64,000 nucleotides of DNA from Nemertoderma westbladi (GCA_032718475.1 JAUCBJ010007554.1:62622-126621), one strand, 5' to 3'. Numbered from the stretch's first letter, positions 37,226 to 53,217 are shown. Program-made: numbers and translations. The notes: generated by a model from the sequence alone, not told the origin.

Positions 37226-40200
37226 ACAGCTGATATTGTGTAACAAGTAACGGCTGATATTGTGTAACAAGTAACGTCTGATATTGTGTAACAAGTAACG
37301 TCTGATATTGTGTAACAAAGAACGTCTGATATTGTGTAACAAGTAACGTCTGATATTGTGTAACAAGTAACGGCTGATAATGTGTAACAATTAACGTCTG
37401 ATATTGTGTAACAAGTAACGTCTGATATTGTGTAACAAGTAACGTCTGATATTGTGTAACAAGTAACGTCTGATATTGTGTAACAAAGAACGTCTGATAT
37501 TGTGTAACAAGTAACGTCTGATATTGTGTAACAAGTAACGTCTGATATTGTGTAACAAGTAACGGCTGATATTGTGTAACAAGTAACGTCTGATATTGTG
37601 TAACAAGTAACGTCTGATATTGTGTAACAAGTAACGTCTGATATTGTGTAACAAGTAACGTCTGATATTGTGTAACAAGTAACGTCTGATATTGTGTAAC
37701 AAGTAACGGCTGATAATGTGTAACAATTAACGTCTGATATTGTGTAACAAGTAACGTCTGATATTGTGTAACAAAGAACGTCTGATATTGTGTAACAAGT
37801 AACGTCTGATATTGTGTAACAAGTAACGTCTGATATTGTGTAACAAGTAACGTCTGATATTGTGTAACAAGTAACGTCTGATAATATGTAACAAAGAACG
37901 TCTGATATTGTGTAACAAGTAACGTCTGATAATGTGTAACAAAGAACGTCTGATATTGTGTAACAAGTAACGTCTGATATTGTGTAACAAGTAACGTCTG
38001 ATATTGTGTAACAAGTAACGTCTGATAATATGTAACAAAGAACGTCTGATATTGTGTAACAAGTAACGTCTGATAATGTGTAACAAAGAACGTCTGATAT
38101 TGTGTAACAAGTAACGTCTGATATTGTGTAACAAGTAACGTCTGATATTGTGTAACAAGTAACGTCTGATATTGTGTAACAAGTAACGGCTGATATTGTG
38201 TAACAAGTAACGTCTGATATTGTGTAACAAAGAACGTCTGATATTGTGTAACAAGTAACGTCTGATATTGTGTAACAAGTAACGTCTGATATTGTGTAAC
38301 AAGTAACGTCTGATATTGTGTAACAAGTAACGTCTGATAATATGTAACAAAGAACGTCTGATATTGTGTAACAAGTAACGTCTGATATTGTGTAACAAGT
38401 AACGTCTGATATTGTGTAACAAGTAACGTCTGATATTGTGTAACAAGTAACGGCTGATATTGTGTAACAAGTAACGTCTGATATTGTGTAACAAGTAACG
38501 TCTGATATTGTGTAACAAGTAACGTCTGATATTGTGTAACAAGTAACGTCTGATATTGTGTAACAAGTAACGTCTGATATTGTGTAACAAGTAACGTCTG
38601 ATATTGTGTAACAAGTAACGTCTGATATTGTGTAACAAGTAACGGCTGATATTGTGTAACAAGTAACGTCTGATATTGTGTAACAAAGAACGTCTGATAT
38701 TGTGTAACAAGTAACGTCTGATATTGTGTAACAAGTAACGTCTGATATTGTGTAACAAGTAACGTCTGATATTGTGTAACAAGTAACGTCTGATATTGTG
38801 TAACAAGTAACGTCTGATAATATGTAACAAAGAACGTCTGATATTGTGTAACAAGTAACGTCTGATAATGTGTAACAAAGAACGTCTGATATTGTGTAAC
38901 AAGTAACGTCTGATATTGTGTAACAAGTAACGTCTGATATTGTGTAACAAGTAACGTCTGATATTGTGTAACAAGTAACGTCTGATATTGTGTAACAAGT
39001 AACGTCTGATATTGTGTAACAAGTAACGGCTGATATTGTGTAACAAGTAACGTCTGATATTGTGTAACAAAGAACGTCTGATATTGTGTAACAAGTAACG
39101 TCTGATATTGTGTAACAAGTAACGTCTGATATTGTGTAACAAGTAACGTCTGATATTGTGTAACAAGTAACGTCTGATAATATGTAACAAAGAACGTCTG
39201 ATATTGTGTAACAAGTAACGTCTGATAATGTGTAACAAAGAACGTCTGATATTGTGTAACAAGTAACGTCTGATATTGTGTAACAAGTAACGTCTGATAT
39301 TGTGTAACAAGTAACGTCTGATATTGTGTAACAAGTAACGGCTGATATTGTGTAACAAGTAACGTCTGATATTGTGTAACAAAGAACGTCTGATATTGTG
39401 TAACAAGTAACGTCTGATATTGTGTAACAAGTAACGTCTGATATTGTGTAACAAGTAACGTCTGATAATATGTAACAAAGAACGTCTGATATTGTGTAAC
39501 AAGTAACGTCTGATATTGTGTAACAAAGAACGTCTGATATTGTGTAACAAGTAACGTCTGATATTGTGTAACAAGTAACGTCTGATATTGTGTAACAAAG
39601 AACGTCTGATATTGTGTAACAAAGAACGTCTGATATTGTGTAACAAAGAACGTCTGATATTGTGTAACAAGTAACGTCTGATATTGTGTAACAAGTAACG
39701 TCTGATATTGTGTAACAAAGAACGTCTGATAATGTGTAACAAAGAACGTCTGATATTGTGTAACAAAGAACGTCTGATAATATGTAACAAAGAACGTCTG
39801 ATATTGTGTAACAAAGAACGTCTGATATTGTGTAACAAGTAACGTCTGATATTGTGTAACAAGTAACGTCTGATAATATGTAACAAAGAACGTCTGATAT
39901 TGTGTAACAAGTAACGTCTGATATTGTGTAACAAGTAACGTCTGATAATATGTAACAAAGAACGTCTGATATTGTGTAACAAAGAACGTCTGATATTGTG
40001 TAACAAGTAACGTCTGATATTGTGTAACAAGTAACGTCTGATATTGTGTAACAAAGAACGTCTGATAATGTGTAACAAGTAACGTCTGATATTATGTAAC
40101 AAAGAACGTCTGATATTATGTAACAAAGAACGTCTGATATTGTGTAACAAAGAACGTCTGATATTATGTAACAAAGAACGTCTGATATTGTGTAACAAAG

Positions 40201-43200
40201 AACGTCTGATATTGTGTAACAAAGAACGTCTGATATTATGTAACAAAGAACGTCTGATATTATGTAACAAAGAACGTCTGATATTGTGTAACAAAGAACG
40301 TCTGATATTGTGTAACAAAGAACGTCTGATATTATGTAACAAAGAACGTCTGATATTGTGTAACAAGTAACGTCTGATAATATGTAACAAAGAACGTCTG
40401 ATATTGTGTAACAAGTAACGTCTGGTATTGTGTAACAAGTAACGTCTGATATTGTGTAACAAAGAACGTCTGATATTGTGTAACAAAGAACGTCTGATAT
40501 TATGTAACAAAGAACGTCTGATATTGTGTAACAAGTAACGTCTGATAATATGTAACAAAGAACGTCTGATATTGTGTAACAAGTAACGTCTGATATTGTG
40601 TAACAAAGAACGTCTGATATTGTGTAACAAGTAACGTCTGATAATATGTAACAAAGAACGTCTGATATTGTGTAACAAGTAACGTCTGATATTGTGTAAC
40701 AAAGAACGTCTGATATTGTGTAACAAAGAACGTCTGATATTATGTAACAAAGAACGTCTGATATTGTGTAACAAGTAACGTCTGATAATATGTAACAAAG
40801 AACGTCTGATATTGTGTAACAAGTAACGTCTGATAATATGTAACAAAGAACGTCTGATATTGTGTAACAAGTAACGTCTGGTATTGTGTAACAAGTAACG
40901 TCTGATATTGTGTAACAAAGAACGTCTGATATTGTGTAACAAAGAACGTCTGATATTATGTAACAAAGAACGTCTGATATTGTGTAACAAGTAACGGCTG
41001 ATAATGTGTAACAAGTAACGGCTGATATTGTGTAACAAGTAACGTCTGATATTGTGTAACAAGTAACGTCTGATATTGTGTAACAAGTAACGGCTGATAT
41101 TGTGTAACAAGTAACGTCTGATATTGTGTAACAAGTAACGTCTGATATTGTGTAACAATTAACGTCTGATATTGTGTAACAAAGAACGTCTGATATTATG
41201 TAACAAAGAACGTCTGATATTGTGTAACAAGTAACGTCTGATAATATGTAACAAAGAACGTCTGATATTGTGTAACAAGTAACGTCTGATAATATGTAAC
41301 AAAGAACGTCTGATATTGTGTAACAAGTAACGTCTGGTATTGTGTAACAAGTAACGTCTGATATTGTGTAACAAAGAACGTCTGATATTGTGTAACAAAG
41401 AACGTCTGATATTATGTAACAAAGAACGTCTGATATTGTGTAACAAGTAACGGCTGATAATGTGTAACAAGTAACGGCTGATATTGTGTAACAAGTAACG
41501 TCTGATATTGTGTAACAAGTAACGTCTGATATTGTGTAACAATTAACGTCTGATATTGTGTAACAAGTAACGTCTGATATTGTGTAACAAAGAACGTCTG
41601 ATATTATGTAACAAAGAACGTCTGATATTGTGTAACAAGTAACGGCTGATAATGTGTAACAAGTAACGGCTGATATTGTGTAACAAGTAACGTCTGATAT
41701 TGTGTAACAAGTAACGTCTGATATTGTGTAACAAGTAACGTCTGATATTGTGTAACAATTAACGTCTGATATTGTGTAACAAGTAACGTCTGATATTGTG
41801 TAACAAGTAACGTCTGATATTGTGTAACAAGTAACGTCTGATATTATGTAACAAAGAACGTCTGATATTATGTAACAAAGAACGTCTGATATTATGTAAC
41901 AAAGAACGTCTGATATTGTGTAACAAGTAACGTCTGATAATATGTAACAAAGAACGTCTGATATTATGTAACAAAGAACGTCTGATATTATGTAACAAAG
42001 AACGTCTGATATTGTGTAACAAAGAACGTCTGATATTGTGTAACAAAGAACGTCTGATATTATGTAACAAAGAACGTCTGATATTGTGTAACAAGTAACG
42101 TCTGATATTGTGTAACAAGTAACGTCTGATAATATGTAACAAAGAACGTCTGATATTGTGTAACAAGTAACGTCTGGTATTGTGTAACAAGTAACGTCTG
42201 ATATTGTGTAACAAAGAACGTCTGATATTGTGTAACAAAGAACGTCTGATATTATGTAACAAAGAACGTCTGATATTGTGTAACAAGTAACGTCTGATAA
42301 TATGTAACAAAGAACGTCTGATATTGTGTAACAAGTAACGTCTGATATTGTGTAACAAAGAACGTCTGATATTGTGTAACAAGTAACGTCTGATAATATG
42401 TAACAAAGAACGTCTGATATTATGTAACAAAGAACGTCTGATATTATGTAACAAAGAACGTCTGATATTGTGTAACAAAGAACGTCTGATATTATGTAAC
42501 AAAGAACGTCTGATATTGTGTAACAAGTAACGTCTGATAATATGTAACAAAGAACGTCTGATATTATGTAACAAAGAACGTCTGATATTATGTAACAAAG
42601 AACGTCTGATATTGTGTAACAAAGAACGTCTGATATTGTGTAACAAAGAACGTCTGATATTATGTAACAAAGAACGTCTGATATTGTGTAACAAGTAACG
42701 TCTGATATTGTGTAACAAGTAACGTCTGATAATATGTAACAAAGAACGTCTGATATTGTGTAACAAGTAACGTCTGGTATTGTGTAACAAGTAACGTCTG
42801 ATATTGTGTAACAAAGAACGTCTGATATTGTGTAACAAAGAACGTCTGATATTATGTAACAAAGAACGTCTGATATTGTGTAACAAGTAACGTCTGATAA
42901 TATGTAACAAAGAACGTCTGATATTGTGTAACAAGTAACGTCTGATATTGTGTAACAAAGAACGTCTGATATTGTGTAACAAGTAACGTCTGATAATATG
43001 TAACAAAGAACGTCTGATATTATGTAACAAAGAACGTCTGATATTGTGTAACAAAGAACGTCTGATATTATGTAACAAAGAACGTCTGATATTGTGTAAC
43101 AAAGAACGTCTGATATTATGTAACAAAGAACGTCTGATATTGTGTAACAAAGAACGTCTGATATTATGTAACAAAGAACGTCTGATATTGTGTAACAAAG

Positions 43201-46200
43201 AACGTCTGATATTGTGTAACAAAGAACGTCTGATATTGTGTAACAAAGAACGTCTGATATTGTGTAACAAAGAACGTCTGATATTGTGTAACAAAGAACG
43301 TCTGATATTGTGTAACAAAGAACGTCTGATATTGTGTAACAAAGAACGTCTGATATTGTGTAACAAAGAACGTCTGATATTGTGTAACAAGTAACGTCTG
43401 ATATTGTGTAACAAGTAACGTCTGATATTGTGTAACAAGTAACGTCTGATAATATGTAACAAAGAACGTCTGATATTGTGTAACAAGTAACGTCTGATAT
43501 TGTGTAACAAGTAACGTCTGATATTGTGTAACAAGAACGTCTGATATTGTGTAACAAGTAACGTCTGATATTGTGTAACAAAGAACGTCTGATATTGTGT
43601 AACAAGTAACGTCTGATATTGTGTAACAAAGAACGTCTGATATTGTGTAACAAAGAACGTCTGATATTGTGTAACAAGTAACGTCTGATATTGTGTAACA
43701 AAGAACGTCTGATATTGTGTAACAAAGAACGTCTGATATTGTGTAACAAAGAACGTCTGATATTGTGTAACAAAGAACGTCTGATATTGTGTAACAAAGA
43801 ACGTCTGATATTGTGTAACAAAGAACGTCTGATATTGTGTAACAAAGAACGTCTGATATTGTGTAACAAGTAACGTCTGATATTGTGTAACAAAGAACGT
43901 CTGATATTGTGTAACAAAGAACGTCTGATATTGTGTAACAAAGAACGTCTGATATTGTGTAACAAAGAACGTCTGATATTGTGTAACAAGTAACGTCTGA
44001 TATTGTGTAACAAAGAACGTCTGATATTGTGTAACAAGTAACGTCTGATATTGTGTAACAAAGAACGTCTGATATTGTGTAACAAAGAACGTCTGATATT
44101 GTGTAACAAAGTAACGTCTGATATTGTGTAACAAAGAACGTCTGATATTGTGTAACAAAGAACGTCTGATATTGTGTAACAAAGAACGTCTGATATTGTG
44201 TAACAAAGAACGTCTGATATTGTGTAACAAAGAACGTCTGATATTGTGTAACAAAGAACGTCTGATATTGTGTAACAAAGAACGTCTGATATTGTGTAAC
44301 AAGTAACGTCTGATATTGTGTAACAAAGAACGTCTGATATTGTGTAACAAAGAACGTCTGATATTGTGTAACAAAGAACGTCTGATATTGTGTAACAAAG
44401 AACGTCTGATATTGTGTAACAAGTAACGTCTGATATTGTGTAACAAAGAACGTCTGATATTGTGTAACAAAGAACGTCTGATATTGTGTAACAAAGAACG
44501 TCTGATATTGTGTAACAAAGAACGTCTGATATTGTGTAACAAAGAACGTCTGATATTGTGTAACAAAGAACGTCTGATATTGTGTAACAAAGAACGTCTG
44601 ATATTGTGTAACAAAGAACGTCTGATATTGTGTAACAAAGAACGTCTGATATTGTGTAACAAAGAACGTCTGATATTGTGTAACAAAGAACGTCTGATAT
44701 TGTGTAACAAAGAACGTCTGATATTGTGTAACAAAGAACGTCTGATATTGTGTAACAAAGAACGTCTGATATTGTGTAACAAAGAACGTCTGATATTGTG
44801 TAACAAAGAACGTCTGATATTGTGTAACAAAGAACGTCTGATATTGTGTAACAAAGAACGTCTGATATTGTGTAACAAAGAACGTCTGATATTGTGTAAC
44901 AAAGAACGTCTGATATTGTGTAACAAAGAACGTCTGATATTGTGTAACAAAGAACGTCTGATATTGTGTAACAAAGAACGTCTGATATTGTGTAACAAAG
45001 AACGTCTGATATTGTGTAACAAAGAACGTCTGATATTGTGTAACAAAGAACGTCTGATATTGTGTAACAAAGAACGTCTGATATTGTGTAACAAAGAACG
45101 TCTGATATTGTGTAACAAAGAACGTCTGATATTGTGTAACAAAGAACGTCTGATATTGTGTAACAAAGAACGTCTGATATTGTGTAACAAAGAACGTCTG
45201 ATATTGTGTAACAAAGAACGTCTGATATTGTGTAACAAAGAACGTCTGATATTGTGTAACAAAGAACGTCTGATATTGTGTAACAAAGAACGTCTGATAT
45301 TGTGTAACAAAGAACGTCTGATATTGTGTAACAAAGAACGTCTGATATTGTGTAACAAAGAACGTCTGATATTGTGTAACAAAGAACGTCTGATATTGTG
45401 TAACAAAGAACGTCTGATATTGTGTAACAAAGAACGTCTGATATTGTGTAACAAAGAACGTCTGATATTGTGTAACAAAGAACGTCTGATATTGTGTAAC
45501 AAAGAACGTCTGATATTGTGTAACAAAGAACGTCTGATATTGTGTAACAAGTAACGTCTGATATTGTGTAACAAAGAACGTCTGATATTGTGTAACAAGT
45601 AACGTCTGATATTGTGTAACAAGAACGTCTGATATTGTGTAACAAGTAACGTCTGATATTGTGTAACAAGTAACGTCTGATATTATGTAACAAAGAACGT
45701 CTGATATTGTGTAACAAGTAACGTCTGATATTGTGTAACAAAGAACGTCTGATATTGTGTAACAAAGAACGTCTGATATTGTGTAACAAAGAACGTCTGA
45801 TATTGTGTAACAAAGAACGTCTGATAATATGTAACAAAGAACGTCTGATATTGTGTAACAAGTAACGTCTGATAATATGTAACAAAGAACGTCTGATATT
45901 GTGTAACAAGTAACGTCTGATATTGTGTAACAAGTAACGTCTGATATTGTGTAACAAGTAACGTCTGATATTGTGTAACAAAGAACGTCTGATATTGTGT
46001 AACAAGTAACGTCTGATATTGTGTAACAAAGAACGTCTGATATTGTGTAACAAGTAACGTCTGATATTGTGTAACAAAGAACGTCTGATATTGTGTAACA
46101 AAGAACGTCTGATATTGTGTAACAAGTAACGTCTGATATTGTGTAACAAAGAACGTCTGATATTGTGTAACAAAGAACGTCTGATATTGTGTAACAAAGA

Positions 46201-49200
46201 ACGTCTGATATTGTGTAACAAAGAACGTCTGATATTGTGTAACAAAGAACGTCTGATATTGTGTAACAAAGAACGTCTGATATTGTGTAACAAAGAACGT
46301 CTGATATTGTGTAACAAAGAACGTCTGATATTGTGTAACAAAGAACGTCTGATATTGTGTAACAAAGAACGTCTGATATTGTGTAACAAAGAACGTCTGA
46401 TATTGTGTAACAAAGAACGTCTGATATTGTGTAACAAAGAACGTCTGATATTGTGTAACAAAGAACGTCTGATATTGTGTAACAAAGAACGTCTGATATT
46501 GTGTAACAAAGAACGTCTGATATTGTGTAACAAGTAACGTCTGATATTGTGTAACAAGTAACGTCTGATATTGTGTAACAAGTAACGTCTGATAATATGT
46601 AACAAAGAACGTCTGATATTGTGTAACAAGTAACGTCTGATATTGTGTAACAAGTAACGTCTGATATTGTGTAACAAGTAACGTCTGATATTGTGTAACA
46701 AGTAACGTCTGATATTGTGTAACAAGTAACGTCTGATATTGTGTAACAAGTAACGTCTGATATTGTGTAACAAGTAACGTCTGATATTGTGTAACAAGTA
46801 ACGTCTGATATTGTGTAACAAGTAACGTCTGATATTGTGTAACAAGTAACGTCTGATATTGTGTAACAAAGAACGTCTGATATTGTGTAACAAAGAACGT
46901 CTGATATTGTGTAACAAAGAACGTCTGATATTGTGTAACAAAGAACGTCTGATATTGTGTAACAAAGAACGTCTGATATTGTGTAACAAAGAACGTCTGA
47001 TATTGTGTAACAAAGAACGTCTGATATTATGTAACAAAGAACGTCTGATATTGTGTAACAAGTAACGTCTGATATTGTGTAACAAAGAACGTCTGATATT
47101 GTGTAACAAAGAACGTCTGATATTGTGTAACAAAGAACGTCTGATATTGTGTAACAAGTAACGTCTGATATTGTGTAACAAGTAACGTCTGATATTGTGT
47201 AACAAGTAACGTCTGATATTGTGTAACAAGTAACGTCTGATATTGTGTAACAAGTAACGTCTGATAATATGTAACAAAGAACGTCTGATATTGTGTAACA
47301 AAGAACGTCTGATATTGTGTAACAAAGAACGTCTGATATTGTGTAACAAAGAACGTCTGATATTGTGTAACAAAGAACGTCTGATATTGTGTAACAAAGA
47401 ACGTCTGATATTGTGTAACAAAGAACGTCTGATATTATGTAACAAAGAACGTCTGATATTGTGTAACAAGTAACGTCTGATAATATGTAACAAAGAACGT
47501 CTGATATTGTGTAACAAGTAACGTCTGATATTGTGTAACAAAGAACGTCTGATATTGTGTAACAAAGAACGTCTGATATTGTGTAACAAGTAACGTCTGA
47601 TATTGTGTAACAAAGAACGTCTGATATTGTGTAACAAGTAACGTCTGATATTGTGTAACAAAGAACGTCTGATATTGTGTAACAAAGAACGTCTGATATT
47701 GTGTAACAAAGAACGTCTGATATTGTGTAACAAAGAACGTCTGATATTATGTAACAAAGAACGTCTGATATTGTGTAACAAGTAACGTCTGATATTGTGT
47801 AACAAAGAACGTCTGATATTGTGTAACAAAGAACGTCTGATATTGTGTAACAAAGAACGTCTGATATTGTGTAACAAAGAACGTCTGATATTGTGTAACA
47901 AAGAACGTCTGATATTGTGTAACAAAGAACGTCTGATATTGTGTAACAAAGAACGTCTGATATTGTGTAACAAGTAACGTCTGATATTGTGTAACAAGTA
48001 ACGTCTGATATTGTGTAACAAAGAACGTCTGATAATATGTAACAAAGAACGTCTGATATTGTGTAACAAGTAACGTCTGATATTGTGTAACAAAGAACGT
48101 CTGATATTGTGTAACAAGTAACGTCTGATATTGTGTAACAAAGAACGTCTGATATTGTGTAACAAAGAACGTCTGATATTGTGTAACAAGTAACGTCTGA
48201 TATTGTGTAACAAGTAACGTCTGATATTGTGTAACAAGTAACGTCTGATATTGTGTAACAAGTAACGTCTGATATTGTGTAACAAAGAACGTCTGATATT
48301 GTGTAACAAGTAACGTCTGATATTGTGTAACAAAGAACGTCTGATATTGTGTAACAAGTAACGTCTGATATTGTGTAACAAAGAACGTCTGATATTATGT
48401 AACAAAGAACGTCTGATATTGTGTAACAAGTAACGTCTGATATTGTGTAACAAGTAACGTCTGATATTGTGTAACAAGTAACGTCTGATATTGTGTAACA
48501 AAGAACGTCTGATATTGTGTAACAAAGAACGTCTGATATTGTGTAACAAAGAACGTCTGATATTGTGTAACAAAGAACGTCTGATATTGTGTAACAAGTA
48601 ACGTCTGATATTGTGTAACAAGTAACGTCTGATATTGTGTAACAAAGAACGTCTGATATTGTGTAACAAAGAACGTCTGATATTGTGTAACAAAGAACGT
48701 CTGATATTGTGTAACAAAGAACGTCTGATATTGTGTAACAAGTAACGTCTGATATTGTGTAACAAGTAACGTCTGATATTGTGTAACAAAGAACGTCTGA
48801 TATTGTGTAACAAAGAACGTCTGATATTGTGTAACAAAGAACGTCTGATATTGTGTAACAAGTAACGTCTGATATTGTGTAACAAAGAACGTCTGATATT
48901 GTGTAACAAGTAACGTCTGATATTGTGTAACAAAGAACGTCTGATATTGTGTAACAAGTAACGTCTGATATTGTGTAACAAAGAACGTCTGATATTGTGT
49001 AACAAAGAACGTCTGATATTGTGTAACAAGTAACGTCTGATATTGTGTAACAAAGAACGTCTGATATTGTGTAACAAGTAACGTCTGATATTGTGTAACA
49101 AGTAACGTCTGATATTGTGTAACAAAGAACGTCTGATATTGTGTAACAAAGAACGTCTGATATTGTGTAACAAGTAACGTCTGATATTGTGTAACAAGTA

Positions 49201-51975
49201 ACGTCTGATATTGTGTAACAAAGAACGTCTGATATTGTGTAACAAAGAACGTCTGATATTGTGTAACAAGTAACGTCTGATATTGTGTAACAAAGAACGT
49301 CTGATATTGTGTAACAAAGAACGTCTGATATTGTGTAACAAGTAACGTCTGATATTGTGTAACAAAGAACGTCTGATATTGTGTAACAAGTAACGTCTGA
49401 TAATATGTAACAAAGAACGTCTGATATTGTGTAACAAGTAACGTCTGATATTGTGTAACAAAGAACGTCTGATATTGTGTAACAAGTAACGTCTGATAAT
49501 GTGTAACAAAGAACGTCTGATATTGTGTAACAAGTAACGTCTGATATTGTGTAACAAAGAACGTCTGATATTGTGTAACAAGTAACGTCTGATATTGTGT
49601 AACAAAGAACGTCTGATATTGTGTAACAAGTAACGTCTGATATTGTGTAACAAAGAACGTCTGATATTGTGTAACAAGTAACGTCTGATATTGTGTAACA
49701 AGTAACGTCTGATATTGTGTAACAAAGAACGTCTGATATTGTGTAACAAGTAACGTCTGATATTGTGTAACAAAGAACGTCTGATATTGTGTAACAAGTA
49801 ACGTCTGATATTGTGTAACAAGTAACGTCTGATATTGTGTAACAAGTAACGTCTGATATTGTGTAACAAGTAACGTCTGATATTGTGTAACAAAGAACGT
49901 CTGATATTGTGTAACAAGTAACGTCTGATATTGTGTAACAAGTAACGTCTGATATTGTGTAACAAAGAACGTCTGATATTGTGTAACAAGTAACGTCTGA
50001 TATTGTGTAACAAAGAACGTCTGATATTGTGTAACAAGTAACGTCTGATATTGTGTAACAAGTAACGTCTGATATTGTGTAACAAGTAACGTCTGATATT
50101 GTGTAACAAAGAACGTCTGATATTGTGTAACAAGTAACGTCTGATATTGTGTAACAAAGAACGTCTGATATTGTGTAACAAGTAACGTCTGATATTGTGT
50201 AACAAAGAACGTCTGATATTGTGTAACAAGTAACGTCTGATATTGTGTAACAAAGAACGTCTGATATTGTGTAACAAGTAACGTCTGATATTGTGTAACA
50301 AAGAACGTCTGATATTGTGTAACAAGTAACGTCTGATATTGTGTAACAAGTAACGTCTGATATTGTGTAACAAGTAACGTCTGATATTGTGTAACAAGTA
50401 ACGTCTGATATTGTGTAACAAGTAACGTCTGATATTGTGTAACAAAGAACGTCTGATATTGTGTAACAAAGAACGTCTGATATTGTGTAACAAGTAACGT
50501 CTGATATTGTGTAACAAAGAACGTCTGATATTGTGTAACAAGTAACGTCTGATATTGTGTAACAAGTAACGTCTGATATTGTGTAACAAGTAACGTCTGA
50601 TATTGTGTAACAAGTAACGTCTGATATTGTGTAACAAAGAACGTCTGATATTGTGTAACAAGTAACGTCTGATATTGTGTAACAAGTAACGTCTGATATT
50701 GTGTAACAAAGAACGTCTGATATTGTGTAACAAGTAACGTCTGATATTGTGTAACAAAGAACGTCTGATATTGTGTAACAAGTAACGTCTGATATTGTGT
50801 AACAAGTAACGTCTGATATTGTGTAACAAGTAACGTCTGATATTGTGTAACAAGTAACGTCTGATATTGTGTAACAAGTAACGTCTGATATTGTGTAACA
50901 AGTAACGTCTGATATTGTGTAACAAGTAACGTCTGATATTGTGTAACAAGTAACGTCTGATATTGTGTAACAAGTAACGTCTGATATTGTGTAACAAGTA
51001 ACGTCTGATATTGTGTAACAAGTAACGTCTGATATTGTGTAACAAGTAACGTCTGATATTGTGTAACAAGTAACGTCTGATATTGTGTAACAAGTAACGT
51101 CTGATATTGTGTAACAAGTAACGTCTGATATTGTGTAACAAGTAACGTCTGATATTGTGTAACAAGTAACGTCTGATATTGTGTAACAAGTAACGTCTGA
51201 TATTGTGTAACAAGTAACGTCTGATATTGTGTAACAAGTAACGTCTGATATTGTGTAACAAGTAACGTCTGATATTGTGTAACAAGTAACGTCTGATATT
51301 GTGTAACAAGTAACGTCTGATATTGTGTAACAAGTAACGTCTGATATTGTGTAACAAGTAACGTCTGATATTGTGTAACAAGTAACGTCTGATATTGTGT
51401 AACAAGTAACGTCTGATATTGTGTAACAAGTAACGTCTGATATTGTGTAACAAGTAACGTCTGATATTGTGTAACAAGTAACGTCTGATATTGTGTAACA
51501 AGTAACGTCTGATATTGTGTAACAAGTAACGTCTGATATTGTGTAACAAGTAACGTCTGATATTGTGTAACAAGTAACGTCTGATATTGTGTAACAAGTA
51601 ACGTCTGATATTGTGTAACAAGTAACGTCTGATATTGTGTAACAAGTAACGTCTGATATTGTGTAACAAGTAACGTCTGATATTGTGTAACAAGTAACGT
51701 CTGATATTGTGTAACAAGTAACGTCTGATATTGTGTAACAAGTAACGTCTGATAATGTGTAACAAGTAACGTCTGATATTGTGTAACAAGTAACGTCTGA
51801 TATTGTGTAACAAGTAACGTCTGATATTGTGTAACAAGTAACGTCTGATATTGTGTAACAAGTAACGTCTGATATTGTGTAACAAGTAACGTCTGATATT
51901 GTGTAACAAGTAACGTCTGATATTGTGTAACAAGTAACGTCTGATATTGTGTAACAAGTAACGTCTGTGTAACAA
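37226..51975. repeat. 24-bp tandem satellite, ~14.7 kb (~610 copies)
   Basis: Unit aacgtctgatattgtgtaacaa(gt/ag); accounts for all LLHNIRRY, CYTISDVT and CNKERLIL ORFs. Confidence 0.98.
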
Positions 51976-52211
51976 TAAGGAATTATTATTTATTTAATAT
52001 AAATTTTTTCGTTGTATTTTCACCCCCAACCAGTACTTAAACTAATAGCAAGGACAACTCTGCCATTAACTCTTTTTGATGTTTGATAAGCCTTTCAAAT
52101 ATTTATATATAGTGTAGGGCAGCTCATGTTGCAGCTTGTGATTTATAATAAATTAAATAGAAATCATGCTGTTTGACTTAAAACATAACTCATACAACTT
52201 CCAGCAATTAC

Positions 52212-52919
52212 ATACACCATGTCCTAGAATATAACATCGTTATTCAGGCAGGTACCGGCCCCCATTCTTCAACTTTAGTGATTTGTTGGTACTGTAAGAA
52301 AGCTGACCGTGCAAGAATTACAAATATGTAACACAATCTGATAGTAAACTATTAATAATTATTCATAATAATAATTATTATTATATTATGAATTATTTAT
52401 AATAATAATATTTATTATTATTATTATTGCTTATCGAGCAAATTAATAAATAAATCTTAATTTCGTCATAAAATAGCTGAGATATGGGAGTTATAATGTT
52501 ACATGGTTTTGCATCTACGCGAGGCTATTTTATTCTATTTAATAAATACATCATATTACGGAACATATTGTTTATCTCATACGTAGCTGGGCCACAATGC
52601 ACCTCTTTAATCATACTATTACGTAGATATTCATACATAACAAAATGTTCCAGAATATAGTTTATTTATTTATTGTATAGAATAAAATAGCCTCGCTCAG
52701 TGCATACTCAAGCAACTTTTAACCGCTCATATTTCAGATATTTCATGACGAAAATCAGATTGTGTTACATAATATTTTGAATCCTTACACGACCAACAAA
52801 TCATTAAACGAGGTTGAAGAATAATAACTGCGGTGAAACTGGTGCAATATCGACGGGGGGGGGGGGGGGATTGGCAGGTTCCTGAATAACGACACTGTAT
52901 ATTCTAAGCCATTTGTGTA
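52212..52919. mobile_element. Old degenerate foldback/MITE-like element
   Basis: Mirrored blocks: tagaatata..tcgttattcagg / cctgaataacga..tatattcta; ttcttcaac / gttgaagaa; atttgttggt / accaacaaat; gcgaggctattttattctat / atagaataaaatagcctcgc. Confidence 0.7.
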
Positions 52920-53106
52920 CCGGAGTTAAAAGAAAATGAAGCATTTTAAAAAACCAATATAAAAACGGCCCTTCAGAAATAAGTCTATTTTTGAACCGAA
53001 AAACAACTTAATTTATGATATGAACTAGAAATGAGTTAATTAAATTCACAAATTAATAAAAATTAGTTAAGTTTCTCAGTATTGTATCAACGTTATTCTC
53101 TGCAGC

Positions 53107-53217
53107 TCAAATTGGAGGAACTATGGGACTGTATGTTGGGGCCAGTATTCTCACGTTATTCGAGATCCTGGAATTCTTCATAAGGATAATAACATTTACA
53201 CTTCCTACAAACTCTTA
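53107..53217 (+). CDS. Terminal exon of a DEG/ENaC/ASIC-family channel (TM2)
   Basis: ttattctctgcag acceptor, phase 1, then QIGGTMGLYVGASILTLFEILEFFIRIITFTLPTNS*; matches the family IGG-MGLF-GAS-LT-E-LE motif. Too short for the ORF track. Confidence 0.85.

Noticed and set aside
37180-51975. 4931-aa ORF and related LLHNIRRY/CYTISDVT/CNKERLIL ORFs as a giant repeat protein
   Set aside because: A 24-bp unit lacking stops on one strand keeps all three frames open automatically. The ORF changes frame at single-base indels, starts at TTG and has no unique domain.
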